A stretch of DNA of 64,000 nucleotides from the IMG/VR virus record IMGVR_UViG_3300021124_000003, positions 1 to 64,000 of that record; one strand, written 5' to 3'. The position numbers and the translations under genes were made by a program. The notes beneath the pieces were generated by a model. That model was given only the letters and a program-made list of their open reading frames with translations. It ran no database searches and had not been told where the DNA came from. The stretch's first letter is position 1, and each line of letters starts with the position of its first letter. The stretch is from a virus (taxonomy: Duplodnaviria > Caudoviricetes). Of this stretch, positions 46,641-56,605 are shown piece by piece.

Positions 46641-46991
46641 TCAGCGCATGCCCTTGAAGGGGGCCTTAACGCTGCCTACACGCATGGCGGGGCCGGCGAT
46701 CTTGGCGCTGACGGGAGTGGGGTCAGCTTTGAGAACCTTACCGCCCATGGTCTTGGGGATCTCCTGGGGGTTCGCGCCGTTGTCGCCGGACTTCTGCGGG
46801 CGGTTCTCCTTGGTGAAGTCACGCGGGGGAGTCCCGTCCTCGCCGCTGTGCGGCTCTGTCAAGAAGTCGTGCCCGCCGCTTACGTTCGATCCGCCCATGG
46901 TGTTACCTCGATGGTTTCCGAAAGGGGAAACCTTGCCGGCTTCACCCGAGCCCAGAACAGTGCCCTCTTTGTTGCTCATCGTATCCTCCAT
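46641..46991 (-). CDS. Small disordered basic protein
   Basis: G/P/K-rich; GGAGG ribosome-binding site. Confidence 0.6.
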   Translation of the reverse strand: MEDTMSNKEGTVLGSGEAGKVSPFGNHRGNTMGGSNVSGGHDFLTEPHSGEDGTPPRDFTKENRPQKSGDNGANPQEIPKTMGGKVLKADPTPVSAKIAGPAMRVGSVKAPFKGMR

Positions 46992-47012
46992 GCAATCCTA
47001 GCACGACTTCCG

Positions 47013-47249
47013 TCAGTGCAGACCCTTGAAAGGGAGGCATGCCGGAGGAGATTCCGCAGTTTTCTGGTCCGGCTTCGGCCAAGGCAGGGGTGGAGACTGC
47101 GGCTTTGTCTCGTGCGTGGGTAGAGGTAGCGGATCCCCTGTGCGGTCGGACCGGAGTACAACCTTGCCGTGCGGCTCGGCTGCGGGGCCGTCAGCACTCG
47201 ACACGTTCATCTTTGAGGGGACGCCCGGTTTCATGTTCTTGGCGCACAT
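47013..47249 (-). CDS. Small Pro-rich protein
   Basis: Directly after the portal; ends PFKGLH, like the neighbour's PFKGMR. Confidence 0.5.
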   Translation of the reverse strand: MCAKNMKPGVPSKMNVSSADGPAAEPHGKVVLRSDRTGDPLPLPTHETKPQSPPLPWPKPDQKTAESPPACLPFKGLH

Positions 47250-47276
47250 CTTGGTAGACCTAGCGTAGCACAGCGG

Positions 47277-49103
47277 TTACAGCGACCCCTTCGGGGTGTC
47301 CCTCGGGAGCGTTGGTGGCTTGATCGGAAACCCAGCTTCGGGTTGCTTCGCCCCAGGGGGTGCCTCTCCACCGGGAGGTCTATTGGGGCCTGACGCCTTT
47401 GGGTCGTCGGTAACTGGTGGTGGTGCGGCGGCAGCAGCAACAGCTTGTAGGTCTTTCGTCTTCTGCGCCTGCTTGTCCTTCGACTCCTTGGTAATCCGGT
47501 TCGTCTCGTCAGATAGGCGTTCGTCACGACCGAAATACTGCATTGTCAGCTCAGTAGCAGTCTGCGTAGACATGATCTGAGCACCACAAGTCGCTGCAAC
47601 TAGTGTCGTAACAGCGAGTTGCTGGTCTTGCGCCGTTGGCGCAAAATACGGTGGCCATTGCGGCTCGATGTCATGGCCGAGTCCAGGTGTCCTTGGTACA
47701 AGCGTTTGGGTAGGCTCCGGTTGTGTACCGTCCTCCCCTCGCTCGCCCAGATCAGTCTCAACCCTGGGAGGGAGATTGATCTCTAGGTACACCTCTGTAA
47801 CACCACCGTCGTCCGAGACAACTTCCATGGGCGTTTGAGCAGCTTTCTGCGCAACCTTCACCATGTTCGTGATCATGCGCGTGATCGATGTACCGTACTG
47901 CTCGCGGAGTAGATCGCACTTACCTAGCATCGGCGCGTAGAGCGACTTCATTGCAACGCTGCTTGTGCCGCTAGCCGTGACTTGTGCCGGGTCGATCTGG
48001 GTGCACTGCGCAACTTCGAGGATGTACTTCCTCTCCGCGTCCATGAGTGCAATACCAGCTACGATCGACGTACCAGCAAGCTCCATGTACTTCGCGTCAC
48101 CTTCTACTCCGACGGTCAGCGCGTTGTCGGACCCCTTCTTCACACTCATACGTGACACGAAGTCCATGTCCATCTTGAGGACAAGGGTAGGATCTAAGTT
48201 GAGTGTTGCACCACGCACCACGACAGATGAAATCAGGTCAAGCGTATCGAACGATTCGTACAGGCCGTCGTAGTCGGGAAGACCATCAATGTCCTTGGAA
48301 GGAACGTTCTGGATCCACTCCAAGTGGACCACGCCGTCGTTGTGCTGCACACTGGCGTCAACGTCGGGAAACCAGTTAGGCTCCTTATCAGGCTCAACGC
48401 GAACGGGGAGGAAGACAACATCGGCATCCTCGTACCAGTCTCGCCTGTACCAGTACAAAACCCTGACAAGCTTACTTGTCTTAGGATCCCACTCATCCTC
48501 GGGAAACTGGTAGCATTCCGTGACGTGCTTTGGGATCAGATTCTCCCGGTCTCTCCAAGCGTGAACGTAGAGGTACTTTGCGTTGTGGACGCACCAATAC
48601 GGTTTCCCATCGAGGAAACACCAAGAGATCACGGCAGTTCCGGTAGCACCGCCAAGCTGGCGAGCCAGCATCATCTTGTTGGGGAGCTGCCCAACACGGA
48701 TCATGGTATCGATGAAATCTTGTGTCTCGTCGTCTCCGGCGACCTTCAACCTAGGGAATCGGTTTTCGCCGAAGAGCATCGCAGTAAAGGCGTTAACGAT
48801 GACACGGCTCAGCCGGTACGGAGCTGAGGGTCGCCGGCTGCGCAAAGGGACGTAGAACGGGGCAGACTCAGCCCCCATAAGCGGCTGTGTTTGCGCTATA
48901 CCGGCGCCAGACTGGATAGCCCTTCCCTCGAAGTCCCAACGCTTGTGATCGTGCTGGGTGGAATCGTAGTACGTTTGCTTTCGGTCCAGGTCCCGGTATC
49001 TCGGTGAGTCAAGGATCCATCGGCCTGCTTTAGCGTTCGCCGTTTGATCCCCAAAAGAGGACCTACCAACGGACTGCAAGCGGTGCGGGTCGAATACAGC
49101 CAT
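47277..49103 (-). CDS. Portal protein
   Basis: 608 aa; VIVNAFTAMLFG, GLPDYDGL, TASGTSSVAMKSLYAPML, SPP1 gp6-like organisation. Confidence 0.88.
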   Translation of the reverse strand: MAVFDPHRLQSVGRSSFGDQTANAKAGRWILDSPRYRDLDRKQTYYDSTQHDHKRWDFEGRAIQSGAGIAQTQPLMGAESAPFYVPLRSRRPSAPYRLSRVIVNAFTAMLFGENRFPRLKVAGDDETQDFIDTMIRVGQLPNKMMLARQLGGATGTAVISWCFLDGKPYWCVHNAKYLYVHAWRDRENLIPKHVTECYQFPEDEWDPKTSKLVRVLYWYRRDWYEDADVVFLPVRVEPDKEPNWFPDVDASVQHNDGVVHLEWIQNVPSKDIDGLPDYDGLYESFDTLDLISSVVVRGATLNLDPTLVLKMDMDFVSRMSVKKGSDNALTVGVEGDAKYMELAGTSIVAGIALMDAERKYILEVAQCTQIDPAQVTASGTSSVAMKSLYAPMLGKCDLLREQYGTSITRMITNMVKVAQKAAQTPMEVVSDDGGVTEVYLEINLPPRVETDLGERGEDGTQPEPTQTLVPRTPGLGHDIEPQWPPYFAPTAQDQQLAVTTLVAATCGAQIMSTQTATELTMQYFGRDERLSDETNRITKESKDKQAQKTKDLQAVAAAAAPPPVTDDPKASGPNRPPGGEAPPGAKQPEAGFPIKPPTLPRDTPKGSL

Positions 49104-49109
49104 CGGGTA

Positions 49110-49424
49110 CTACCTCTGCGATCCGAACCGGGATTGAGCACTTCCGCGCAGCGGACCAGACCTTACGCCTGTATGCAGGAATGGATTCGCTGCTTGAGTC
49201 GGCTGGGATAGGATCTCATGCGTTTTAGCCGTTCTGCCGGACATGTCATGCCTGGGTATCGTGTCACGCGGATTGGGCTGATCTGGGTAAGGGCCGTCCG
49301 TAAGGGAAATAAGCTCTGACCCGATCCCGCGCAAAATCCGCGCCACAGACATTAAACGGTTACCTACTGCTCCGACTAGCGAGTTAGCTGCACGCCGTAG
49401 AAAACCCATACAGCACAGTAGCAC
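49110..49424 (-). CDS. Hypothetical protein
   Basis: Fills the gap upstream of the portal; likely starts at MGFLRR. Confidence 0.45.
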   Translation of the reverse strand: MLLCCMGFLRRAANSLVGAVGNRLMSVARILRGIGSELISLTDGPYPDQPNPRDTIPRHDMSGRTAKTHEILSQPTQAANPFLHTGVRSGPLRGSAQSRFGSQR

Positions 49425-49445
49425 GGTGTCGCTAGGGTTGAACAG

Positions 49446-49646
49446 CTACCGTACTTCCCTGAAGGTCACGTTGCAGTACATCGCGGACGAACCACACAAC
49501 CCCGTGGCCAGAATGGTCAGCGTGCCGTTGGCCCGCACGGCACCCGAACGGTCGAGCGTGGTGGGGTAGAACTGTACGGGAACCAACGATGCTGTATCGA
49601 CCGTCGAGCTACCACCTGACGTGCAGTTGCGTACGCTAGTGCCCAT
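49446..49646 (-). CDS. Small hypothetical protein
   Basis: ATG 4 nt after the fibre gene stop. Confidence 0.5.
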   Translation of the reverse strand: MGTSVRNCTSGGSSTVDTASLVPVQFYPTTLDRSGAVRANGTLTILATGLCGSSAMYCNVTFREVR

Positions 49647-49650
49647 CGCG

Positions 49651-52600
49651 CTACCGCATCCGTTGGAGCATCGCACCCCGCGCGTTGTCGTTCGCCGGCT
49701 GCCCGTGCTCAAGTAGGGCCTCCAACCGGGCCACGCGCCTCTCCAGCGAGTCGTTGGCCGCCCGAAGGGTCAGCACCTCGGCCTGCAACCCAGACATCTC
49801 GGCACGCTCGCGCGCTAACTCGTCGGAGAGGTCGGACACGTCGGCTCGACAATCGAGCACCTGTTGCTCGACCTCTTGCACGGCACTCACGGTCGCGGCC
49901 ACGAGTGGCATGGTCACGACCTGGTAGAGACCGTTGCCGCCCATGTGAACCGCTTGCGGGATGATGGGTAGCACCTCTTGTGCGATGAATCCTTCTTGCT
50001 GCTCAATGGGGTCAAACCCACTGCTAGGCTTGAAGCGCCAAAGCTTGGGGCTGAGCTGCATGAGTTCATCTATTCCAGTCTGTACCGGACCCTCAATGTT
50101 CTTTACCCGCGCGTCAGACACGGCGCACGAAATCACACCTGAAGAGTCGGTCTTAATGCCCGCCGCACAACTTATGGAGGGGACGGACATCGACGATGCA
50201 CCTAGCATGTTGACGTCGCCCGCAGCGATATAGATCGCGTGATTGGTGGTCGCACCTGACGCGGAAAAGTAACCCGCATAATTCGTTCCGCCCGAGTTCG
50301 TGGCCCGCGCACGGGCGAATAGGCTGTACTCGGCACCGCTAGACGAGTCGGTGCCGATGTTGTCAAGATAAAGCAACCGAGAACCACCAGTGAGCGCTGA
50401 ACTGTTGGTTGTGATCGTCAACCCGAACCCGCTCGTTAGCGCGTTCGGGTTAATATCCATCCCATCACCACTGGTCGCCGCGGTGTTGACCGTCACTCCC
50501 GTTCCAGATGTCGTGTTAGGCGTGAGCGTGAGGTTCTGAGTCGTATCCCAATCGGCCGCCACCACGTTGGGGTTGGCCGTGCCCGTAAGGATACGCGCGT
50601 GACCGCCGTACGTCGTCGCAGTCGGCCCGTAGGCGTCAAACTCGCCACCCGCGGCCCCTCCACCAAAGGGTGTCGCATAGGCGCCCGTGATAGCGATCTT
50701 CGATGACGCTCCCTGCCCCTGGATTGCTTGAGCGTTCTGGTCAAAGTAGAGATTATTGCTGATCATCGTGCGGAGCTGAGTCGTTCCGCTGTACGACGAT
50801 ACGTTCAAATAAGACCCGCCGTTCAGTTGCACGTCGAGGGCTTTGGACGACGCAGACTGTGCGGTCGTGGTCGCGTTGACGAGCAATCCAGTAAACGTGT
50901 TCGAGGCGTTGTTGAAGGTCGGGTGAATGGACACCCCCGCTTCTCCGACGCCAGTCAACGTGCTGGCCATCGACCAGTCGCCCGCCGTACTGTTGATCGC
51001 CTTGTTCGAGCCACCGCCCGAGGCAGTAAGTGTCAAGGCATTGTTCACGCTCGTCCCGCCCCCGTGGTCCGCGTTCGTGTTGCTGATCGTCGCCGCCGTG
51101 TTGGTCACGCCGTCCGCCGCCATCGTGCCAGAGAGTGAGACGTACAGCCCCTTATCGCCCGATTGAGCGGTCGAAGTCGTGGAGAAACTGGCGAGTGTAC
51201 CGGATGTCAGCGCGTTGGCCGCTATCGAATGTCCAGTTCCAGAGGTCAATCCTGCCAACGTCTGAGAGAGCGCGGTGCCCGCTGTCTGGTATGCATCCGT
51301 CTGAGACCAGTCGCCCGCCGTACTGTTGATCGCCGTATTCATTGTGGCGCCGCTCGCAGTCAGCGTTAGGGCCACGTCGGTCGTTCCCGTATCGGTGACG
51401 GAAGATGTGATCCCCGTGGTGGTTACCTGATTGATGTGCGCGCCGGACATCGACACGTATAGACCCGTCGGAGACGTGTGTGCGACTGACGTGTCCGTGA
51501 TACTTACAACCTTGCCTCCGGTCAGATCGTTCACCTGTGGGGTAATCGTCAGTCCGGTGCCAGCGCCCGTTGCAGGAGCGAACGTGCATTGCTGAGACGT
51601 GTCGCACGACAGCGACGACACCGCGCCAGCGCCGCTTTGAAGTGCAATCGCGGAGGCGGCTTTCAGAGTGAGGTTGCCCGTGGTGGTCTGCCACGTCGCA
51701 GCCGCTCCCTCGCTGATGTTGCCCGCCGCAATGCTGATCGCATTGTTGGTCGTGGCGCCGCTCGCACTGAGCTTGATCGCGTCGTTTTCCGTACCCGCGT
51801 TCGAGAGCGTCGAGTACACGCCGACGGATGTGCCCGCGCTCGTCCCACCGGACTGAGTAACGTAAAGCCCCCATGGGCTGGTTTGCTGCGTACCCGTGAA
51901 TGTGATCGACTCACCGATGCCATTGGTAATCGAAGACGATGCGATGCTGTTCCCCGTGCCGCTCGTCAGACTATTGGCCGTTTGGGCGAGGCATGTCGTG
52001 GTCGTGGCCGCGCACGCCTCGGTGACGGCGCCCGTTGACAGAGCAAATGCGCCGCTCGACTGCGACATGTCAAACGACGCATTCCCGCCGGGGAGTGCGT
52101 ACACGCGACCGTGGTTGAGTTGAATGCAGTCGTTGACCGTAGTGCCGTTCGCGGCATTGCACGACAGCGCGACGTTCGAGTACCCACCGTTGACGATTAC
52201 GTTCGCGTATTCGCCGTACGTGTACGGGTTGCCCGTTCCCGCATCGCCATCCCAGGTGGATTCGATTGCGATGTTGCCAGCGCCCCCCGTCGGACCCACG
52301 TACATGTGAACACGCAGACCCTCGCCAGAGTTCACGCCAGTTGAGTGCGACGTGATGCTCTGACAATGCCCCGAGGTGAGGCCATCGCACGAAAGGCCAA
52401 TGCCATCACCGCTCGTGGGAAGTGCACCACCGTCGAATACGATGGGGGGCTCGATCTGCGGACCGGCGGGCCCCGTTGCCCCAGCGGTTCCGGTAGCACC
52501 CGTTGCCCCAGCGGTTCCGGTAGCACCCGTTGCTCCAGCGGGAAACCCGCCGTCGACCGTAAGCGACCCAGCGTAGAGCGGCCCGCTCACCGTGAACGCC

Positions 52601-52899
52601 AGCGCGTTCACGGTGGAGTGCAGGAGATCCACACCAAGGACTTGCGTCCCGCTCGCGGTCTGGACCGATAGCGCTTGCGTGGAGCCGCCGCTCGCGCCCG
52701 AAGCTCCGATGAGAAGCAGTTGGGGAGTAACGGTTAGGCCCGCATCGGGCACCGAGCCCGTGGGGCCAACGAGCAGTACCGGCGTTTGGAGCGGGAAGGG
52801 GTTGCCCGCGATGGCGGCACCGAAGATTAGCGTGGGGATCGCGACCCAGGGGAGCGTGTAGACGAGCTTACGGAGAGCATTTCGAGTAGAGGTTCTCAT
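49651..52899 (-). CDS. Fibre/spike-like protein with C-terminal peptidase S74 intramolecular chaperone and coiled coil
   Basis: SDARVKNI...GFIAQEV...LVAATVSAVQEV; G/T/S-rich beta repeats; collagen-like GATGATGTA repeats; hydrophobic N-terminus. Confidence 0.88.
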   Translation of the reverse strand: MRTSTRNALRKLVYTLPWVAIPTLIFGAAIAGNPFPLQTPVLLVGPTGSVPDAGLTVTPQLLLIGASGASGGSTQALSVQTASGTQVLGVDLLHSTVNALAFTVSGPLYAGSLTVDGGFPAGATGATGTAGATGATGTAGATGPAGPQIEPPIVFDGGALPTSGDGIGLSCDGLTSGHCQSITSHSTGVNSGEGLRVHMYVGPTGGAGNIAIESTWDGDAGTGNPYTYGEYANVIVNGGYSNVALSCNAANGTTVNDCIQLNHGRVYALPGGNASFDMSQSSGAFALSTGAVTEACAATTTTCLAQTANSLTSGTGNSIASSSITNGIGESITFTGTQQTSPWGLYVTQSGGTSAGTSVGVYSTLSNAGTENDAIKLSASGATTNNAISIAAGNISEGAAATWQTTTGNLTLKAASAIALQSGAGAVSSLSCDTSQQCTFAPATGAGTGLTITPQVNDLTGGKVVSITDTSVAHTSPTGLYVSMSGAHINQVTTTGITSSVTDTGTTDVALTLTASGATMNTAINSTAGDWSQTDAYQTAGTALSQTLAGLTSGTGHSIAANALTSGTLASFSTTSTAQSGDKGLYVSLSGTMAADGVTNTAATISNTNADHGGGTSVNNALTLTASGGGSNKAINSTAGDWSMASTLTGVGEAGVSIHPTFNNASNTFTGLLVNATTTAQSASSKALDVQLNGGSYLNVSSYSGTTQLRTMISNNLYFDQNAQAIQGQGASSKIAITGAYATPFGGGAAGGEFDAYGPTATTYGGHARILTGTANPNVVAADWDTTQNLTLTPNTTSGTGVTVNTAATSGDGMDINPNALTSGFGLTITTNSSALTGGSRLLYLDNIGTDSSSGAEYSLFARARATNSGGTNYAGYFSASGATTNHAIYIAAGDVNMLGASSMSVPSISCAAGIKTDSSGVISCAVSDARVKNIEGPVQTGIDELMQLSPKLWRFKPSSGFDPIEQQEGFIAQEVLPIIPQAVHMGGNGLYQVVTMPLVAATVSAVQEVEQQVLDCRADVSDLSDELARERAEMSGLQAEVLTLRAANDSLERRVARLEALLEHGQPANDNARGAMLQRMR
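52470..52540. repeat. 27-bp tandem repeat (~2.5 copies) encoding collagen-like GATGATGTA
   Basis: cccgttgccccagcggttccggtagca repeated in tandem. Confidence 0.85.
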
Positions 52900-52909
52900 G
52901 TGTTTGCTC

Positions 52910-53812
52910 TCAGGCGACCGGGTTGGTGTCGTAACCGATCCCGACCAACGGGAAGTCGGAGATCGGCGTGTACGCGGTAAACTTCTGTGGGGTGGAAGAG
53001 ATCCCGTACGCGAGCCCGAGCGTGACCGGGATGCTCGTCACACCCTTGTCCCGGTTCCCCAGCCCATAACCGAGCGGGATCACCCACTTGGGTACGTCGT
53101 TCGTCGCCATCGCGGTCGCCTTGTCCATGACCAACAAGTACGCGGGTGCGGTGGACGGAACCGCAACGTTCGCACAGTTGCACTCCATCGCGCGGAAGTG
53201 CCCGGCACCCGTGAACGCGGGCGTGGGATTCGCGACCGCACCCCCGACCGCGCCGAAGATAAAAGCACTCTGAACCGGGTAATCGGCCGCCGTGGTGACC
53301 TTGCCGCTGACAAGCCACGGGCTGGCCCCACCCGCGCCTTGCGCCACGGTGCCGATGTTCCCGCCCGTGCCCGTCCCTTCAGCAGTCAAATCGGCTGCTA
53401 CAGCGAAGACATGCGCGCCGCTGGGAGCTGCCCCGGGGTCGGTAACGACGAGGCAAAGCGCCAAGCTGCCGCCGCCGGATAGCACGTTACCGTTCGGAGC
53501 TACCGTAGCAGGGAGCTGCGACACCACGTCGAAGAACGTGGCAACACCGGCAGCGATCGGGGTAGACGCTCCGATCTGGATCCAACCTGTGTGGTACTCC
53601 CAGAAGTAGAGGGCGCCTGTCAGCGAGTACGACCCACTAGGAGGTAGGTACGTGACTGCGATCCGCTGCGCCGGCCACCCATTCGTGTCAGTGATACGTG
53701 AAAACAGGATATTATCCTGCGACGATAGCGGAGGAATAGAGGGGATCGTGTCTGACCCAAGCGCCGTTCCGCCGCCGCCCTTGTACCTGGTGAAGCTACA
53801 CGGAAATTGCAT
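52910..53812 (-). CDS. Putative structural protein
   Basis: 300 aa, beta-rich, upstream of the fibre gene. Confidence 0.6.
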   Translation of the reverse strand: MQFPCSFTRYKGGGGTALGSDTIPSIPPLSSQDNILFSRITDTNGWPAQRIAVTYLPPSGSYSLTGALYFWEYHTGWIQIGASTPIAAGVATFFDVVSQLPATVAPNGNVLSGGGSLALCLVVTDPGAAPSGAHVFAVAADLTAEGTGTGGNIGTVAQGAGGASPWLVSGKVTTAADYPVQSAFIFGAVGGAVANPTPAFTGAGHFRAMECNCANVAVPSTAPAYLLVMDKATAMATNDVPKWVIPLGYGLGNRDKGVTSIPVTLGLAYGISSTPQKFTAYTPISDFPLVGIGYDTNPVA

Positions 53813-53826
53813 TACGATCCTCTTGG

Positions 53827-54420
53827 TTACCTAGAGACAGAGAGAGCGGCCCACTGCACCCGGAGTCCTGCCCCTTGTCCGTAGAGAGCAAACGGGTAGA
53901 TACCCTCGGATCCCATTGTGATCCTACCGGACCCGGTTACGGTCCAGCCACCGGCCTTGTCAGGAGCCCGAAGTGCCCTGAACGTCACCATAGGATCATC
54001 CGAGACTAGCCCGGCTCGGTACACGGTGGCCTGATTGCCGTCAGGCACTACCCGGAGGAACCCATCAAAACCGAGATCGGGATTCTCTACGATACGGGAA
54101 AGAAGCTCTGGGTCCGCAGTGAGACGGATCGCCCAATGCAGCCGTGTAAGGTCCGATCGTGAGTAAATGCACATCGGGCAGATCATGCTGGTTACCGGGG
54201 AAGGTAGCTCCCAACCGGATCCCCAGGAGCGAAAGTGATACCCACCAACACCGGACAAGCGGAACAAGTCCGGCTCGACAGGGAGAGAAACTACGCCTGT
54301 AGCGGCGAGTTGACGCGCTTTTCCCTCTTCGATCACTGCCCCTGGCCAGTACGTACCGGACGGGTCACTTACGACAACGTGCTGCTGCATGGTGGTTTCG
54401 CCTCCCGTAAAGCGTAGCAT
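53827..54420 (-). CDS. Hypothetical protein (first gene of the leftward operon)
   Basis: GGAGG ribosome-binding site before internal ATG MQQHVV. Confidence 0.55.
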   Translation of the reverse strand: MLRFTGGETTMQQHVVVSDPSGTYWPGAVIEEGKARQLAATGVVSLPVEPDLFRLSGVGGYHFRSWGSGWELPSPVTSMICPMCIYSRSDLTRLHWAIRLTADPELLSRIVENPDLGFDGFLRVVPDGNQATVYRAGLVSDDPMVTFRALRAPDKAGGWTVTGSGRITMGSEGIYPFALYGQGAGLRVQWAALSVSR

Positions 54421-54552
54421 AGGCGGCTGTGGGCCCGGGTGTACTGAACAGGGGTACAGCAGAAAGAAAACTAGAAAAGGCTGGATCTGGGTGGACTACC
54501 GTGCGACACTAATGTCCTGGGCGTTCCTCGGGGCAGCTAAAGGAACGACAGC

Positions 54553-54801
54553 ATGCCTGAAGTCAAGTACGACGCCGAGTACACCCCCGATTTCACAAAG
54601 TATCCGAAGGTGAGCCTTGCCCGGCAATACTCTGGGTCGGCCTTGGACAAGGAGCTAGTGAGCATGCTCCGTGATGCACGCGCAGACGCGGTGAGAGCTG
54701 TTCGTGCTGAGTATGCGGCGGAGCTTAGGTCACGTTACGGACGCGGGTTGCAAGCAGACGCCGTTCTGGTTGAACCAGTAGAAAGGACTTTTAGTGAGTA
54801 A
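54553..54801 (+). CDS. Hypothetical protein (first gene of the rightward operon)
   Basis: AAGGA ribosome-binding site. Confidence 0.6.
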   Translation: MPEVKYDAEYTPDFTKYPKVSLARQYSGSALDKELVSMLRDARADAVRAVRAEYAAELRSRYGRGLQADAVLVEPVERTFSE

Positions 54802-54964
54802 ACGCACACAGAGTCTTCGCACATGGCCGATATTCTTCTTCTGCGAAGAGGTCGAGCGTGAGCGGGAGATGCGCGACGCGCCAAGAGGCGGGCAGCACGT
54901 AGCGGGGTGGCTTTGCCCAATGATTCTCGCTAGCCCCCGAATTGCTGGGCAGCTTGCGGAATCA

Positions 54965-55249
54965 TTAGGCAGCCGCGTCAATCTCCTTCCTGTGCCCGCA
55001 GTGGGGGCACGTCCCGGCGGCTGGGTACTTGCCGGCCAGCAGCTCGTCGACACCGACCTCGGCCAGACGTGCGACACGGAACGCCATGCTGGCGCTCGGC
55101 GCTCGCTCCGTACCGATCTTTGCCAGGTACGTCGCCTTGAAGCGGAGCGCTCGTGCTAGTGGCGCCCAGCCACCGCAGCGCATCCGAAGGAAGCGAAGGG
55201 CGGCACGCACGTTCGCCTGCTCGGCCGTGGTCAAGTCGGAGGCGTTCAC
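54965..55249 (-). CDS. XRE-like HTH regulator with C-terminal CPHC
   Basis: WAPLARALRFKATYL...RVARLAEVGVDELL; overlaps the transposase stop. Confidence 0.75.
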   Translation of the reverse strand: MNASDLTTAEQANVRAALRFLRMRCGGWAPLARALRFKATYLAKIGTERAPSASMAFRVARLAEVGVDELLAGKYPAAGTCPHCGHRKEIDAAA

Positions 55250-56499
55250 GCGGCCCCCTGGAACATCGGCTCGTCGATCCCGAGTTCATACATGGCGTGC
55301 ACCAGGACCGTGAGGTTGTAGCAGAGCATCTTGCACAGCACTTCGTTGACCTGGGCGACCGGGCACTTGCTGCGCACCGACCCGCCGAGCAGGCGCTTGA
55401 TCGCGGAGAACGCCGTCTCGACGTTCGACCGTCGGTGGTAGTGCGCGAGGAACTCGTCGTGGCGGTAGAGGAACAAGCCCCACAGGCGCCGCCAAGCGGC
55501 GGGACCGGCGGCCTTGCTATTCGACTTGAACGGGATGTATGGGATGGCGCCGACCGCTTCGATCGCCGTCAGGTTGGCGCGGCTCAGGTACGCCTTGTCG
55601 GCCGACACCTCGGCGAGCGCGAAGCGCTGGGCCGTACTCGACACGAGCGCGGGCAGCTCCGGGCAGTCGTTCGACGTGCTGTCCGTCACGCGGACCGCCG
55701 TAACGATGTTGGTAGTGACGCCCACGCAGGCGTGCGCCTTGACCCAGCCGTGCTCCTTCATCTCGCGCCCGTACTTGTGGTCGTACCAGCGGTGGTACGT
55801 GGCGGTGCCGAAGCCCGTGGAGTCAACGGCGAACGCCGTCTCGATGGCGGCCAACGGGGAGGCGCTCTCCTCGATGAGCGCGGTCAGGAGCGGCGTCATG
55901 TCGGCCCGCTCCATGTAGTTGAAGAGGCTGTTGTAGTGGGGCGCCCGCTCAATCTGCCCCCTGGCGGCACACTCGCGGATGTCCGTGGTAGCTCGGCGAC
56001 CCGAGACGGTCGTGTAGACCTTCATCGCCATCCCGAATACGGCGTCCGACAACGCGATCGGCTTCGGGCCGCGTCCGGGGTGCGGCGGGTTCACGATGCC
56101 GTCGCAGAGGTTGCGCAAGAGCGCCTGCACGATGGCCTTCTCGTTACACTGCGCGGCGTTGTAGTTCGGCCAGTCCTGCACGTACGTCTTGCGCGTGACC
56201 TTCACGGACTGCGTGACCACGGTCGTCCCGTCGGGCGCCGTCTCGGTGGTCTGCGAGAACTCGACGGCCCACAGGTGCTTGCACTTCGTCCGGCGCAGTT
56301 CGTGGTCCGGGCACGTGCACGTCGCGGCCAGCGTGTTGACGATGTAGCCGCCAGCGTTCGCTTGCGAGGGCACCGTCCAGGTCGACCCTGAGATGCGCTT
56401 GATCCGCCGGTCGTTGGCGAGCGCACGGCCGCGCTCCTGCCGCACCACGTGCCCCTCGGCCGTCACTTCCAAGGGAGCGGTCGTCTCTCCGTTGTTCAT
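55246..56499 (-). CDS. Transposase, DDE (IS4/IS5-superfamily-like) with N-terminal SWIM zinc finger
   Basis: SWIM: CTCPDH...KCKHLWAV. Catalytic core: FAVDSTG, VSADKAY, YHRRSNVETAFSAIK. Start placed at ATG 56499. Confidence 0.9.
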   Translation of the reverse strand: MNNGETTAPLEVTAEGHVVRQERGRALANDRRIKRISGSTWTVPSQANAGGYIVNTLAATCTCPDHELRRTKCKHLWAVEFSQTTETAPDGTTVVTQSVKVTRKTYVQDWPNYNAAQCNEKAIVQALLRNLCDGIVNPPHPGRGPKPIALSDAVFGMAMKVYTTVSGRRATTDIRECAARGQIERAPHYNSLFNYMERADMTPLLTALIEESASPLAAIETAFAVDSTGFGTATYHRWYDHKYGREMKEHGWVKAHACVGVTTNIVTAVRVTDSTSNDCPELPALVSSTAQRFALAEVSADKAYLSRANLTAIEAVGAIPYIPFKSNSKAAGPAAWRRLWGLFLYRHDEFLAHYHRRSNVETAFSAIKRLLGGSVRSKCPVAQVNEVLCKMLCYNLTVLVHAMYELGIDEPMFQGAA

Positions 56500-56506
56500 G
56501 ATGAGT

Positions 56507-56535
56507 ATATTACTACTAGGTATACCCTTCGTCAA
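56507..56535 (-). promoter_or_regulatory. Sigma70-type promoter for the transposase (leaderless)
   Basis: TTGACG, 17-bp spacer, TAATAT; ATG 7 nt downstream. Confidence 0.7.
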
Positions 56536-56568
56536 GGTCCGGGCGCGGATATACTCTCGCTAACTGAC

Positions 56569-56597
56569 TTGACAGGACATCTGAACAGTCATACCGT
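56569..56597 (+). promoter_or_regulatory. Sigma70-type promoter for zinc-ribbon and methyltransferase genes
   Basis: TTGACA, 17-bp spacer, TACCGT; ATG 8 nt downstream. Confidence 0.6.
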
Positions 56598-56605
56598 AGT
56601 GGACC

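Noticed and set aside
50972-51334. Possible DGR template/variable repeat pair in the fibre gene
   Set aside because: The copies are identical with no adenine-specific differences, both are in-frame coding repeats, and no reverse transcriptase is present.
56500-56535. ORF-track TTG start of the transposase at 56535
   Set aside because: That TTG is the -35 box (TTGACG) of the promoter; ATG 56499 fits better.
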